Counted from the stretch's first letter, positions 17,583 to 28,750 are shown. The stretch: 64,000 bases of DNA from an uncultured Gammaproteobacteria bacterium (GCA_964519725.1 CAZFKS010000002.1:49325-113324), one strand, 5' to 3'. Notes: generated by a model not told the origin, from the sequence alone. A program made the numbers and translations.

Positions 17583-18187
17583 TATTTAGTTTTAGTGCGA
17601 TGTTCTAGAGCGCTTGTAAGAGTAATTTCATCCGCGTACTGCAGGTCAGAGCCCATGGGCAGGCCTCGGGCCAGGCGAGTGATAGTCAGGTTGGGATTAG
17701 TGGCCTGTAATTCTTTTTCTAAAAATAATGAAGTGGACTCACCAGCCAAATCTGGGTTGAGCGCAATAATAATTTCTGTGATCCCGTCTTGTTTGACGCG
17801 GGCGAGTAGTTCGGGAATTTTTAAATTATTTTCTTCATCAAGCACGGCGTCAGTGGGGAGTAAGCCACGCAAAATATGATACCGACCAGTGTACGCGCCA
17901 GTGCGTTCAATGGCTTGCACATCTTGCGGCTCAGCCACTACGCACACTAATTGTGCATTGCGTTTTTGGTCAGCGCAAATGGTGCACGGCGAGCGATCAG
18001 AAAAATCAAAACAAATTTCGCAACTTTTAACCGTGGTAATTAAATTTTTGATGGCCAGCGCCAACTCACCGGGATCTTTTTTCCCAGCTTTGAGTAAGTG
18101 AAAAACATAGCGTTCAGCGGTTCGGCGGCCCACGCCTGGTAAACGAGTAAACGAACGAACTAAGTTTTCAATTGGTTTAGAATACAC
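17582..18187 (-). CDS. recR: Recombination protein RecR
   Basis: LPGVGRRTAER, C4 zinc finger, Toprim, RLARGLPMGSDLQYAD. Confidence 0.96.
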   Translation of the reverse strand: MYSKPIENLVRSFTRLPGVGRRTAERYVFHLLKAGKKDPGELALAIKNLITTVKSCEICFDFSDRSPCTICADQKRNAQLVCVVAEPQDVQAIERTGAYTGRYHILRGLLPTDAVLDEENNLKIPELLARVKQDGITEIIIALNPDLAGESTSLFLEKELQATNPNLTITRLARGLPMGSDLQYADEITLTSALEHRTKTK

Positions 18188-18188
18188 A

Positions 18189-18491
18189 TTAATTTAAACC
18201 CGGAATATTTGGCAGGCCACCCATTTCTTTCATTTTCATGGCCATGACGCGTTGCATTTTTTTGAGGGCTTCAGCGTGCGCTTCTTTAATGCCGTTTTGT
18301 AATTTTTCTTTTTTGTCTGGGGCAAGCAATTCGTCATCAATGTTTAAAGCAGTCAATGCTAAATTGCCGTCCATGGTCAGGGTAATTTTTCCGCCCACAG
18401 TGTCAGCACTAATTGATTCTTTACCAAGCATATCTTGGAGTTGTTTGGCTTGGTCGCGAATGTCTTTGAACTGTTTTAATTTTTCAAACAT
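18189..18491 (-). CDS. ybaB: YbaB/EbfC nucleoid-associated protein
   Basis: Sequence pattern and position next to recR. Confidence 0.88.
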   Translation of the reverse strand: MFEKLKQFKDIRDQAKQLQDMLGKESISADTVGGKITLTMDGNLALTALNIDDELLAPDKKEKLQNGIKEAHAEALKKMQRVMAMKMKEMGGLPNIPGLN

Positions 18492-18514
18492 ATATAATTA
18501 TTTTAGAAATTATT

Positions 18515-19984
18515 TTAGAAACTTGGAACATTAGTTGGTGGTTTGGGTGGACCACCAGAACTTGGAAAACCAGGTCCACCACTTGGTGCTACGTACCGCG
18601 TATCTAAATTGCGGTAACTGGCCCGTGCATCATCAAAGAATACTTTGGCCACACCGGTTGGGCCATTACGGTGTTTGGCAATGTGAATTTCACCCAGGTG
18701 GCGCTCATCTGGTGGAATATCTTCCAGACGATAGTTGCGGTCAGCCGCTTTACGGTAAATAAATAATACCACATCTGCGTCTTGTTCGATACTTCCTGAT
18801 TCACGAAGGTGGGAGAGCTTTGGAATGGCTGGTTTGGTTTGCTCTACCGCCCGGGAAAGCTGGGACAGGGCCAGGACCGGGACATTTAACTCACGGGCCA
18901 AACCTTTGAGACCACGGGACATTTGTGACACTTCTTGTACGCGGTTATCCAGGCTCGCGGCTGGATTAGTGCCTTCCATGAGCTGTAAATAGTCAATGAT
19001 AATGAGGCCAAGGCCGTGCTCAGATTTTAAGCGGCGCGCTTTGGTGCGAATTTGCATCACACTGGCGCCTGGATTATCATCAATGTAAATGGGGGCTTCA
19101 GATAAAACACCCATGGCATGACCAATCCGCGGAAAATCATCGCTATCTGGTTTGTCTGACAAATTACCAGTGCGCATTTTCCACAAATCCACGCCAGCTT
19201 CAGCGCAGAGCATGCGATCGACAAATTGTTCTTTACTCATTTCCAGTGAGAAAATTCCAACTGAGACTTTTTCGCGAATGGCCACGTGCCGAGCAATGTC
19301 GAGGGCGAGCGAAGTTTTACCAACTGAGGGGCGGGCCGCGAGAATAACGAGGTCAGATTTTTGAAGGCCAGCGAGCAAGGCATCGAGCTCACGGAAACCG
19401 GTTGGTACACCGCGCAGCTTGCCTTTGTCACGGTGGAGTTCATCAATCCGGTCAAACGCTTCACTTAAAATGCCGCGGATCGGGGTAAATGATTGTTTAA
19501 TGTGTTTTTGGCTCACACCATAGACATGCTGTTGAGCCTGGTCGAGCAGGGAATCAATTTCTTCACTGTCTTCGGTAAAACCTAAACGTGTAATTTCGTG
19601 CGCCGCGGCAATTAATTTGCGTAGGGTTGATTTGCGCACAATAATATCAGCGTAGTGTTTGATGTGCGAAGCCGTTGGTACAGCGTTAGCTAAAGTAATT
19701 AAATAACTACGGCCACCAATGCGGTCAAGTGCGCCACGTTCTTCTAAACGATTAGTTAAAGTGAGCACATCAACTGGTTCACTTTTTCCGTACAAATCTA
19801 AAATCGCCCGAAAAATCTCACTGTGAGCCGGCTTATAAAAATCTTCAGGTTCAACTAAATCCGCGATTTTGAGCATGGCTTCTTTATCAATCAAAATCGC
19901 GCCCAGGAGGGACATTTCAGCTTCTAAATTTTGCGGTGGGACCCGGTCTAGTTGGTCTAATTCAGCCATAGAGTTAGTCTTCAT
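18515..19984 (-). CDS. dnaB: Replicative DNA helicase
   Basis: PPQNLEAE, AARPSVGKT, IIIDYLQL, LRESGSIEQDAD, KHRNGPTG; no intein seen. Confidence 0.97.
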   Translation of the reverse strand: MKTNSMAELDQLDRVPPQNLEAEMSLLGAILIDKEAMLKIADLVEPEDFYKPAHSEIFRAILDLYGKSEPVDVLTLTNRLEERGALDRIGGRSYLITLANAVPTASHIKHYADIIVRKSTLRKLIAAAHEITRLGFTEDSEEIDSLLDQAQQHVYGVSQKHIKQSFTPIRGILSEAFDRIDELHRDKGKLRGVPTGFRELDALLAGLQKSDLVILAARPSVGKTSLALDIARHVAIREKVSVGIFSLEMSKEQFVDRMLCAEAGVDLWKMRTGNLSDKPDSDDFPRIGHAMGVLSEAPIYIDDNPGASVMQIRTKARRLKSEHGLGLIIIDYLQLMEGTNPAASLDNRVQEVSQMSRGLKGLARELNVPVLALSQLSRAVEQTKPAIPKLSHLRESGSIEQDADVVLFIYRKAADRNYRLEDIPPDERHLGEIHIAKHRNGPTGVAKVFFDDARASYRNLDTRYVAPSGGPGFPSSGGPPKPPTNVPSF

Positions 19985-20112
19985 ATAATAAACGAAGCCC
20001 AGGCTTTGAGCAACTATTGCCAGCTGGCAAAAGTTGATATCTTGTTTATAATCTGTGGGTAATTTGCTGGGTCTTGTTATTATCGTTATAATTGTCTAAA
20101 CTAAGCCAAAAT

Positions 20113-21300
20113 ATGAAAGTTTGCGTGATCAACAATTTATATCCGCCCCTGGCTCGGGGTGGGGCTGAACAAGTGGTAGAGCGGACCGTGGCGGGCCTGG
20201 CTGAGGCTGGGCATGAAGTAGTGGTGATTGCGAGTACACCAGACAAACCGTGGCTAGAGAAGCGCGGGACAGTTAAAATTTATTGGATTCACCCGCGAAA
20301 TATTTTTTTCTACACGGCCGCGCACCAGCATTTCTGGTTCAGCCGGGCGCTGTGGCATGTGTTTGATGTGTTTAATTTTGGGGCCGCCAAAACGATTCGG
20401 GAAATTATTGAAAGCGAAAAGCCGCAGGTGGTACACACCCATAATTTGATGGGCCTCAGTTTTTTATTGCCGCGCGTGATTCGAAATTTGAAAATTCGGC
20501 ATGTGCACACGGTACATGACGTGCAGCTGGTTGAACCAAGCGGCATGATTTTAAAACAGCACGAACATTCTTGGCGCTATCATGGTTTACCAACGAAATT
20601 ATATACCGCGTTAATGCGGTGGTTATTAAATTCTCCAGCCGTAGTGATCTCGCCATCGCAATTTTTGCGCGAGTTTTACGTGACACGTGGTTTTTTTCAG
20701 AATTCAACCGTGGAAATCGTGCGTAATCCATTAACTTTTGCTTTGAGTGAAGAAAATGATGTGATAAAAACTGGTCCACTTAAATTTTTGTATGCAGGTC
20801 AGATTGAAAGTCACAAAGGGGTCTTGGAATTAGTCGCAGCGTTTAAACAATTGGACCAAACTGAAGCGGTGGAATTACACATTGTTGGTGGTGGAGCCCA
20901 ATTGCAGGCCGTAGAAATGCTCGCTAAGCAAGACACAAGAATAAAAGTGTACGGTCGTTTGGATCGCAATGAACTGCGGAAAATTTTCAGTCAAATGGAT
21001 TTAACGGTCGTACCATCGCTGTGTTATGAAAATTCACCAACCGTGATTTTTGAAAGTTTTGCGGCGCGGGTGCCAGTTTTGGCCAGTAATATTGAGGGAA
21101 TTGCGGAACTGATTCAAGAAGGGCAAAATGGCTTGACCTTTCCCGCGGGAAATATTGCGGTTTTGCAAGAAAAATTAACCTGGTGTCTTCAACATCAAAC
21201 TGAATTAAAACAGATGCGTCAGAACACGCAAAATTCTTTGTCTGGGTTGTCACTTAGCGAGTATGTGGCGCGGTTAGAGCGGCTTTACCAAACTACTTAG
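20113..21300 (+). CDS. Glycosyltransferase family 4
   Basis: GGAEQV, VHTHN, YENSPTVIFES (EX7E-like). Confidence 0.9.
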   Translation: MKVCVINNLYPPLARGGAEQVVERTVAGLAEAGHEVVVIASTPDKPWLEKRGTVKIYWIHPRNIFFYTAAHQHFWFSRALWHVFDVFNFGAAKTIREIIESEKPQVVHTHNLMGLSFLLPRVIRNLKIRHVHTVHDVQLVEPSGMILKQHEHSWRYHGLPTKLYTALMRWLLNSPAVVISPSQFLREFYVTRGFFQNSTVEIVRNPLTFALSEENDVIKTGPLKFLYAGQIESHKGVLELVAAFKQLDQTEAVELHIVGGGAQLQAVEMLAKQDTRIKVYGRLDRNELRKIFSQMDLTVVPSLCYENSPTVIFESFAARVPVLASNIEGIAELIQEGQNGLTFPAGNIAVLQEKLTWCLQHQTELKQMRQNTQNSLSGLSLSEYVARLERLYQTT

Positions 21301-23242
21301 TTTTTTGGTACGTAAACACGTAAATTTGTTCATTATTAAAGGCTTGCCACGAGTTGGCGGATTTTTTGGCGCCCTCAACAATACTATTAAATTTGGTCCA
21401 GTACGATGGAATAATAAAATAGGCTTTGTCTGCACCCACTAAATTCATGGCTTTTTCCATGGTTTCGCGGCGCTGACCATCAGTCCACATTTCTGTGTAC
21501 AAATCATAGAGTGGTCCGCCCGTTGGAATGGAGTAGTAGGATAAATACGTGTCATTAATTTTGAAATATTTGGCAAAACTATATTTTTCCAGCGCAGCAA
21601 TGGCCGTAACAGGATTGGTTAGAACCACATAATTATACGCTGGGTTTTGGTCATGAATCCAAGTGACAACTTCGAAATCTGTGGCCGAAACATTGTAGCC
21701 AGGGAATTGTACTTTTGGATTCCACTGCGGGTATGACAAATACCAGGACACCGTAATTGCGCCAGCAAAAATAAATAATAGAGAAATATAGTGTAAGCGG
21801 AAATTTTTACATTTAGCCGCGCAGGTAGCGAGAAAATTGTCAGTCTGCCAAAATCCAACCATGATATAAGGCAGTAAAAATAACAGTGCGCCTTTGAGTA
21901 AACGGAGTGGGTAATCACCTTGTTCCGTGGCATGAACATCAGGAAAAACTACGAGCGTGCGGAGTAAAAATGAACTAATCGTTAGCCCAATGGCCGTGTA
22001 AAAAAATAGTGGCGCGCGTTTAGTTTTAAAATAATAATAACCAAATATTCCAAAACTAAGGGCTACCACTGGAATTAACCATTCCCAAATATAGAGCGCG
22101 TCCCAATACCAGGCGGCTGGATGTTTATACCAATAGGGCGCACGGAAATATTGCAAAAATAAATCTAGTTTACTAAATGGATTAACAAAAGTTGGAATAA
22201 TGTGACGTGTAAAATACAAAAAGGCCATGAATAAAGCAGGCACGAGTAGGGCCATTAGTGTGGTGTAAACTATGTGTAAGGTTTTTTGGTAACGTGTATT
22301 TTTTTCTATCCAAAACGCAGCGACAAATAAACTGAGTGGTGCGCCGAGTAGCGGGTGAATACACAGGCCAGCCACACTCATGGTGCCAAGTAAAAATAAG
22401 AGCGGGCGAGTCGGTGACTCATAATATTGTAGACCAGTAAACACGGCCAAAATGGTGAGTAAAATTAAAATATTGTAGGCCGTGGTTAAAAAGAGTGCAA
22501 AAAAATAAATGAGGGTAAAAACAAAAGTTAAATTAATGGCGTGGCGGGCTGGTACAGCAAAAACTCTTGCTAAAGTTGGGGCAATAAAGCGGGGCAGAGT
22601 GAAAGCCGCCAAGACTGGAACGAACCACAGGTCAATGGTTTTAATACTAATGGTCGTAATTTTACTGAGTAAAACCACGGTGGTGTATTGGCCTAAATAA
22701 ACTGGCAGCTTGGGAATAATAAAACCATGGACTTTAATCCACTCTTCAGTAGCGCGGTGAATAAAACCATCAAATCCAAACCCCAGGGGGTAGAGTAAAT
22801 TAGTGACACTATACATGACTAATAAATGTAAACTAGTGAGCCAGAGCGAACGATTGGTGGGAAATAAAAAATTTAAACCAAGTAATAACAAGGTACTGGT
22901 AAAAAATAACCAGAAAAAAGTCCAGTCCACTAATTGCCAGGGTGACGGTGGTGGGGTGGTGCTGGCCATTAGGACTAGATTGATAATGAGTGCGCTTTCT
23001 AAAATTAAAAAAAATAAAGTTAACCAACCGGTGTATTTGTAAGTAGTTTTGGGTGCCGTAATTTTTGGCCAGGATTTGGTGAGAAAAAATAAACCAAATG
23101 GACCAATAATCATGGCCGCCATGACTGGCCAGTGTAGGTCAAAGAGTAGATAGCCAATGGTACCAATAATTGCGGCCACGCAAAAAGCCAAAATCATGAA
23201 CGCGGCTGAACGAAATGATCGATCAAGAAAAGTACTACCCAT
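21293..23242 (-). CDS. Large polytopic membrane protein (GT-C-like)
   Basis: >12 TMs, luminal DGFIH motif, soluble C-terminal domain. Confidence 0.65.
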   Translation of the reverse strand: MGSTFLDRSFRSAAFMILAFCVAAIIGTIGYLLFDLHWPVMAAMIIGPFGLFFLTKSWPKITAPKTTYKYTGWLTLFFLILESALIINLVLMASTTPPPSPWQLVDWTFFWLFFTSTLLLLGLNFLFPTNRSLWLTSLHLLVMYSVTNLLYPLGFGFDGFIHRATEEWIKVHGFIIPKLPVYLGQYTTVVLLSKITTISIKTIDLWFVPVLAAFTLPRFIAPTLARVFAVPARHAINLTFVFTLIYFFALFLTTAYNILILLTILAVFTGLQYYESPTRPLLFLLGTMSVAGLCIHPLLGAPLSLFVAAFWIEKNTRYQKTLHIVYTTLMALLVPALFMAFLYFTRHIIPTFVNPFSKLDLFLQYFRAPYWYKHPAAWYWDALYIWEWLIPVVALSFGIFGYYYFKTKRAPLFFYTAIGLTISSFLLRTLVVFPDVHATEQGDYPLRLLKGALLFLLPYIMVGFWQTDNFLATCAAKCKNFRLHYISLLFIFAGAITVSWYLSYPQWNPKVQFPGYNVSATDFEVVTWIHDQNPAYNYVVLTNPVTAIAALEKYSFAKYFKINDTYLSYYSIPTGGPLYDLYTEMWTDGQRRETMEKAMNLVGADKAYFIIPSYWTKFNSIVEGAKKSANSWQAFNNEQIYVFTYQKTK

Positions 23243-23300
23243 ACTGGCTTTTTTGGCTAAATAATTTATACTAGCCTTAATTGTACGAATAAAATTAATT

Positions 23301-24938
23301 ATGCGCAACTTGGCCAATTTTTTAAAAAAGCACTATCCAGCCCTGATTTTAGGGGCCGCAGTGCTCATTTTTGCTTGGGTTTATTTATTTTTATACCGCG
23401 GTCTTGGGGCGCCAGAAACTTTGATTTTTAATCAGCCGGATGAAATGGCTAATTATGCGTTCATTAAGGAGTGGGCCCTAAATAACCAGGTGGGAATTGA
23501 GGAACCGCTGTCAGAATTATCATTTAACCAGATTCACCCGCGCAGTATGACGGTGGTGCAGGGGACTTTGGTGCCCATTGGGTTTCCAGGGTTTATTGCG
23601 ATTATGACCTCACTCATCCAACCATTTACCTGGCTCTTTGGGGCTGAGCACTTTAATGATTTGGTAGTTTTAGTCACGCCAGTTTTGGCGGCGCTCAGTA
23701 GTATTTTACTCTATGGCATTAGTCGGTCACTCGGACTCACCCGAGCGCAATCAGTGACGAGTGGACTTTTTCTCTTGGCTTTACCACCCTGGTGGTATTA
23801 TGCGAGCCGACCTTTGCAAGCCAATACTATATTTGTGTTTTTTATTTTGGCGGCGCTGTGGGCTGGACTCAGACGAAATGAAAAATTAAGTCGATTTTTT
23901 TTAGTGGGCTTAAGTGTTGGGCTGGCACTGTATATTCGACCGAGCGAATGGGTGTGGGTGTTTGGCTTGGTTGGTTTATTAGGTTATTACAACCGGGAAT
24001 TTTTGCGCACCAAAACAGTGATAATCTTTGCACTGAGCAGTGGTTTAATGGCTATCGTGTTTTTCTTAACACAATTTGCATTTTACGGCAGCGTGTTTGG
24101 AAGTGGGTATGTGCGACCAAACAGTGATGGTTCAGCTGGTTTAATTATAGCTGGTCCACAAGGAATTTATTGGGTGAAAGCCCTACTACTTCCATTTGGT
24201 TTTAATGCCCTCACGATTCTCAAAACCATTTTCTTTTATGGGGTTAAATTATTTTTACCATGGACAATTGCGACTGTAATTGGGTTTGGTTTAGTATTTT
24301 TTAATAAAAAAACTGCCCCAGTTTTATTTAAATATAGCTTGGCCGTGCTGGCACTGGGCATGTGGCTAGCTTTGTACTATGGTCCGTGGCAATTTGCGGA
24401 TAATTTAGCAGGTGAAGCTTCAATTGGTAGTTCGCAAGTGCGGTATTTTTTGCCACTATATGTTTTGGCTGTGCCATTAGTGGCGTATTTACTGGGAGTT
24501 TTGAGTAGTTGGAAAATTTTCGGAAAAGTTAGTGCTGGTTTAATTACGATTGCGCTTATGGTTTTCTCAGTCAAAGCAGTTTACTTTAAATTTGAGGGTT
24601 TACTGCATGTTAAAGAAACCGTGACTAAATATTACATGTGGCAAGAAAAAATTCTGACTCTGACACCGGAAACAGCGATTGTAGTGACACGGTACGGTGA
24701 CAAGTATTTGTATCCAGTGCGGCCAGTGATTGCAACGATTGACACACCTGAGGGGCAGGCAGCGGTAAAACAATTACTTGCGCGTGGCGCTGACGTGTAT
24801 TGGTATGATTTAGCCATGGAAAAACCCGGTCACATTACTGACCCGGCCGCTTTCAGTTTGCAAACCCAAGGTGTAGAATTAGGCAAACCAATAGCGACTT
24901 GGGAAAATTTAGAATTACGAGAACTTTACTTACCTTAA
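23301..24938 (+). CDS. GT-C fold (ArnT/PMT-like) glycosyltransferase
   Basis: PDE motif after the first TM, IRPSE, RYFLPL; many TMs. Confidence 0.72.
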   Translation: MRNLANFLKKHYPALILGAAVLIFAWVYLFLYRGLGAPETLIFNQPDEMANYAFIKEWALNNQVGIEEPLSELSFNQIHPRSMTVVQGTLVPIGFPGFIAIMTSLIQPFTWLFGAEHFNDLVVLVTPVLAALSSILLYGISRSLGLTRAQSVTSGLFLLALPPWWYYASRPLQANTIFVFFILAALWAGLRRNEKLSRFFLVGLSVGLALYIRPSEWVWVFGLVGLLGYYNREFLRTKTVIIFALSSGLMAIVFFLTQFAFYGSVFGSGYVRPNSDGSAGLIIAGPQGIYWVKALLLPFGFNALTILKTIFFYGVKLFLPWTIATVIGFGLVFFNKKTAPVLFKYSLAVLALGMWLALYYGPWQFADNLAGEASIGSSQVRYFLPLYVLAVPLVAYLLGVLSSWKIFGKVSAGLITIALMVFSVKAVYFKFEGLLHVKETVTKYYMWQEKILTLTPETAIVVTRYGDKYLYPVRPVIATIDTPEGQAAVKQLLARGADVYWYDLAMEKPGHITDPAAFSLQTQGVELGKPIATWENLELRELYLP

Positions 24939-24939
24939 T

Positions 24940-25338
24940 ATGGATTGTATCTTTTGTAAGATTGTAAATAAGGAGATTCCAAATTACACGGTGTACGAAG
25001 ATGAACAGGTGCTGGCGTTTTTGGATATTTTTCCGCACGCTGAGGGCCACACCGTGGTTATTCCCAAAGTGCACGCGGAAAATTTACTACAATTGAATGA
25101 TGAATTAATTGCGGCTGTGTTTGTGGCCGTGAAAAAAGTGCAGGAAAAACTACAAAGCGCAGTCAAGCCAGAAGGTTTTTCTGTGGGTTGGAATCATGGT
25201 GAGGCTGGTGGGCAAGCAGTGCCGCATTTACATGTACATGTTTTACCACGCTGGAACAACGATGGTGGTGGTAGTATGCATTCAATTACTAAAAAATTAG
25301 TAGCGCCAGATGTAAAAGGAGTGTTCAGTAAATTATGA
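24940..25338 (+). CDS. HIT family hydrolase
   Basis: DCIFCKI, HLHVHVLPR. Confidence 0.95.
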   Translation: MDCIFCKIVNKEIPNYTVYEDEQVLAFLDIFPHAEGHTVVIPKVHAENLLQLNDELIAAVFVAVKKVQEKLQSAVKPEGFSVGWNHGEAGGQAVPHLHVHVLPRWNNDGGGSMHSITKKLVAPDVKGVFSKL

Positions 25339-25871
25339 TTAAAAAATACAAAAAAATTTCCGAAGAAGTGTTGCATCAAAACAAATGGTACGCGTATAAA
25401 CATGATCTATATGAGTTGCCTGAAGGCGGGCAAGGCGAATATTTTTACAGTGAAACTAACGGCGGTGTGCTGGTAGTACCAGTTTTGCCCAGCGGCCGGA
25501 TTGTGCTAGTCCGTCAGTATCGGTATTTAATGGACCGAGCTGGGATTGAATTTCCTGGCGGTGGGATTGAGGCCGGGCAGACAGCGCGCCAGGCCGCGGC
25601 TATTGAACTGAAGCAAGAAACCGGGTATGATGTGACTGACTTAATTTCCATTGGCGAATTTGAGCCAAGTAAGGGTTTAATTAAGGACCAAATGCATATT
25701 TTTTTGGCTAAGCTTAGCGCTGAAGAGCCTGGGATTAGCCACCAAGACCAGACCGAAACCATTGAGCTTTTTGCCCGGTATCCCGATGAAATTGAGGCTA
25801 TGATCCAAAGTGGGGATATTTGGGACGGCGAGACTTTGGCGGCTTGGGCATTAGTAAAACATCGTTTATGA
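25335..25871 (+). CDS. Nudix hydrolase (ADP-ribose pyrophosphatase-like)
   Basis: VRQYRY, EFPGGG...AAIELKQETG. Confidence 0.88.
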   Translation: MIKKYKKISEEVLHQNKWYAYKHDLYELPEGGQGEYFYSETNGGVLVVPVLPSGRIVLVRQYRYLMDRAGIEFPGGGIEAGQTARQAAAIELKQETGYDVTDLISIGEFEPSKGLIKDQMHIFLAKLSAEEPGISHQDQTETIELFARYPDEIEAMIQSGDIWDGETLAAWALVKHRL

Positions 25872-26875
25872 ACATCTTAGTTTGTGGTGGGGCCGGATTC
25901 ATGGGCTCACATTTTATCAAGTATATTTTAGAAAAATACCCTGATTACCAAGTGGTAAATTTTGACGTACTAACTTACGCTGGGAATTTAACTAATTTAA
26001 AAGAAGTGGCTAATAATCCGCGGTATAAATTTGTAAAAGGGGATATTGCTGACGCTGCAGCCGTAAATGCGGTGGTAGAAGAAAATAAAATTGAGATGAT
26101 TGTAAATTATGCGGCTGAAACCCACGTTGACCGCTCGATCATGGATCCAGAAGCATTTTTGCGTACTGGAATTTTTGGTACCAGAAATTTGTTAGAAGTA
26201 ACTAAGAACAAAAATTTAAAAAAGTTAGTGCAGATTTCGACTGATGAAGTGTTTGGTAGTATTGAAAGCGGCGAGTTTACGGAAGAATCACCGTTTGCGC
26301 CAAATAGTCCGTACGCCGCTTCAAAAGCGGGGGCTGATTTACTGTGTCGTTCATATTTTGTGACGTATCAAACACCAGTGGTGGTCACACACAGTTGTAA
26401 TTATTATGGCAGTCATCAGTATCCAGAAAAAGTGATTCCACTATTTATTACTAATTTACTGGAAGGTAAAAAAGTGCCACTCTATGGCGATGGTATGAAC
26501 GTACGCGAATGGATTCATACTTCTGACCATTGTCGCGCGGTGGATGCTGTATTACATAAAGCAGAACCAGGCTCAGTATACAATATTGGAACTGGTCAAG
26601 AATTGACTAATATTGATTTAACTAAATTAGTGTTAGAGAAAATGAATTTAGGCGAAGAAATGATCGAGCCAGTCAAAGATCGGGCTGGTCATGATCGGCG
26701 GTATGCAATTGACCACCGTAAAATTACGCGTGAACTGGGCTGGGAACCACAAGTAAAATTTGCTGACGGAATTGTTGAAACAATTAATTGGTATCGTGAC
26801 AATGAATGGTGGTGGAAAGATATTAAATCAGGTGCTTATCGTGAATATTACAAAGCTCAATATCAAGATCGCTAA
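25868..26875 (+). CDS. rfbB: dTDP-glucose 4,6-dehydratase
   Basis: GGAGFMG, LTYAGN, AAETHVDRSI, STDEVFG, YAASK, DRAGHDRRYA. Confidence 0.95.
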   Translation: MNILVCGGAGFMGSHFIKYILEKYPDYQVVNFDVLTYAGNLTNLKEVANNPRYKFVKGDIADAAAVNAVVEENKIEMIVNYAAETHVDRSIMDPEAFLRTGIFGTRNLLEVTKNKNLKKLVQISTDEVFGSIESGEFTEESPFAPNSPYAASKAGADLLCRSYFVTYQTPVVVTHSCNYYGSHQYPEKVIPLFITNLLEGKKVPLYGDGMNVREWIHTSDHCRAVDAVLHKAEPGSVYNIGTGQELTNIDLTKLVLEKMNLGEEMIEPVKDRAGHDRRYAIDHRKITRELGWEPQVKFADGIVETINWYRDNEWWWKDIKSGAYREYYKAQYQDR

Positions 26876-26876
26876 T

Positions 26877-27803
26877 ATGAAACCAAATAAAATTTTAATT
26901 ATTGGTAATGGGCAGCTTGGTGGCTATTACCGTGATCATTATCTTAAAAAAGGAGCCGAAGTTTTGAACACTGATTCTAAGACTGATGTCCGAAGTGAAG
27001 AACAAATGCGCGCCGTGATTGAAGAATTTAAACCAGATTTAGTCATTCATACGGCTGCGAAAACTAATATTGATTGGGCGGAACAAAATAAAACTGAATG
27101 TTTTGAGATCAATACGTTGGGCAGTGATGTGATGGGAAAAATTTGTCAAGAAAAAGGAATTTACTTGGTATTTTTATCCAGTGGTTGTGTACTTGAAAGT
27201 AAATCAGCTGATGATGCCCAAACTGAGAGTGTGATTCCAAGTCCACTGTGTTTTTATTCTTGGACCAAGGTTTGGGCTGAAGAAATGCTACTACACCGGG
27301 CGCGCCGTAATGGTTTAAAATTACTTGTGTTACGTCCACGTCAACTTTTGTCAGCCAAAGTTGATCCACGCAACGCGCTCACCAAAATGCTGACTTATAA
27401 TAAATTTATTGATACGCCAAATTCTTGCACTGTAGTTGAAGATTTAATGATGGTGACGGAAACGTTGGTAGAACGAGAACAAACTGGCGTGTTTAACGTC
27501 GTGAATCCAGGTGTAACTACACCATTTGAAATTGCGAGTGCTCTCAAGGAAATTATCAGACCAGAAATGGATTTTGTAAAAATTAGTAAAGCTGAACTCA
27601 ATGCCATGACCTTGGCCGAGCGGGTTGACGCGGTCCTTGATGGTACAAAAATTAGAAATCTCGGTATTGAGCTTAAGGAAATTCACGAACGCATGCGTGA
27701 AGTAATGCAAGAGCTCAAGACTAACTTGTCTAAAAGTGATGCGGCGGCAGCCATGAAAAAAACTGAAGAAGAAACTAAAGCTAAACTTAGCCTTGTAAAA
27801 TAA
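26877..27803 (+). CDS. RmlD-superfamily SDR resembling the bifunctional 3,5-epimerase/4-reductase (UER1/NRS-ER)
   Basis: GNGQLG, SSGC, FYSWTK, PRNALTK, PNSCT, FNVVNPG. Confidence 0.75.
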   Translation: MKPNKILIIGNGQLGGYYRDHYLKKGAEVLNTDSKTDVRSEEQMRAVIEEFKPDLVIHTAAKTNIDWAEQNKTECFEINTLGSDVMGKICQEKGIYLVFLSSGCVLESKSADDAQTESVIPSPLCFYSWTKVWAEEMLLHRARRNGLKLLVLRPRQLLSAKVDPRNALTKMLTYNKFIDTPNSCTVVEDLMMVTETLVEREQTGVFNVVNPGVTTPFEIASALKEIIRPEMDFVKISKAELNAMTLAERVDAVLDGTKIRNLGIELKEIHERMREVMQELKTNLSKSDAAAAMKKTEEETKAKLSLVK

Positions 27804-27808
27804 TTGGT

Positions 27809-28750
27809 ATGGAGCTTTCCATTATTACGGTTACATGGAACTCCAAAAATACCATTGGTCGCCTGATTGATTCAATTCCTAGTGCAGTTTTTGACCCTAA
27901 GACGGGTCGGTCTTTGTCTTATGAACACTGGGTGGTGGATAACGCATCACCAGATGGAACGGCTGATTTTGTCCAAGAAAAATATGGACAAGAAACTGTG
28001 GTTGGACAGTATCTGTCGGGTGAGTCTTTTGAATATTCGAGTGAAATGATTCCACGGGTGCGCGTGGTTAAAAATACCAAAAACGAAGGGTTTGGTGCGG
28101 CCAACAATACGGCTTTTCACCGCGCTAGTGGTGATTTTATTTTATTTCTTAACCCGGACATGAAACTTGAGCCGGAAAGTTTGTTTAAAGCGGTTGAGTG
28201 GATGTGGTATCACCGTGAGGTTGGGATTATGGCCCCAAAATTAGTCACTGAAACTGGTGCGGTGAACTTGAACGCTGGGCCGCGACGTTTTCCAACCGTT
28301 TGGAATCAACTGGCGATTGTTTTTAAAATTCCGCATCTTTTTCCAAAAGTGCTGGACAATTATTTAATGAAAGATTTTGATTATTCCAAAGAGCAAGCTG
28401 TGGACTCGGTGCGCGGTTCATTTATGTTAGTACGACATGATTTATTGGATAAATTGGGCACAGCGTTTGATCCCCGCTATTTTATTTGGTTTGAAGACGT
28501 AGATATTTGTAAAGAAGCTTGGAAACACGGGTATAAAGTGGTTTATAATCCAGCGATCCAAGCCGTAGATTATGTGGGGCAAAGTTTTAATCAGCGGACC
28601 ACACTCTGGAAACAAAAGAATTTTACCGAGAGTATGGTGAAATATTTTAAAAAGTGGGGTCCGGGGTATGCGGCTATTTTGGTTGGTCTGGTGCGTCCAG
28701 TTGGAATTGCTTTGGCTTGGCTTGGTGATAAGTTCGCGAAAAAAATATGA
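27809..28750 (+). CDS. Glycosyltransferase family 2 (rhamnosyltransferase-like)
   Basis: VVDNAS, GFGAANN, LNPD, FEDVDIC. Confidence 0.9.
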   Translation: MELSIITVTWNSKNTIGRLIDSIPSAVFDPKTGRSLSYEHWVVDNASPDGTADFVQEKYGQETVVGQYLSGESFEYSSEMIPRVRVVKNTKNEGFGAANNTAFHRASGDFILFLNPDMKLEPESLFKAVEWMWYHREVGIMAPKLVTETGAVNLNAGPRRFPTVWNQLAIVFKIPHLFPKVLDNYLMKDFDYSKEQAVDSVRGSFMLVRHDLLDKLGTAFDPRYFIWFEDVDICKEAWKHGYKVVYNPAIQAVDYVGQSFNQRTTLWKQKNFTESMVKYFKKWGPGYAAILVGLVRPVGIALAWLGDKFAKKI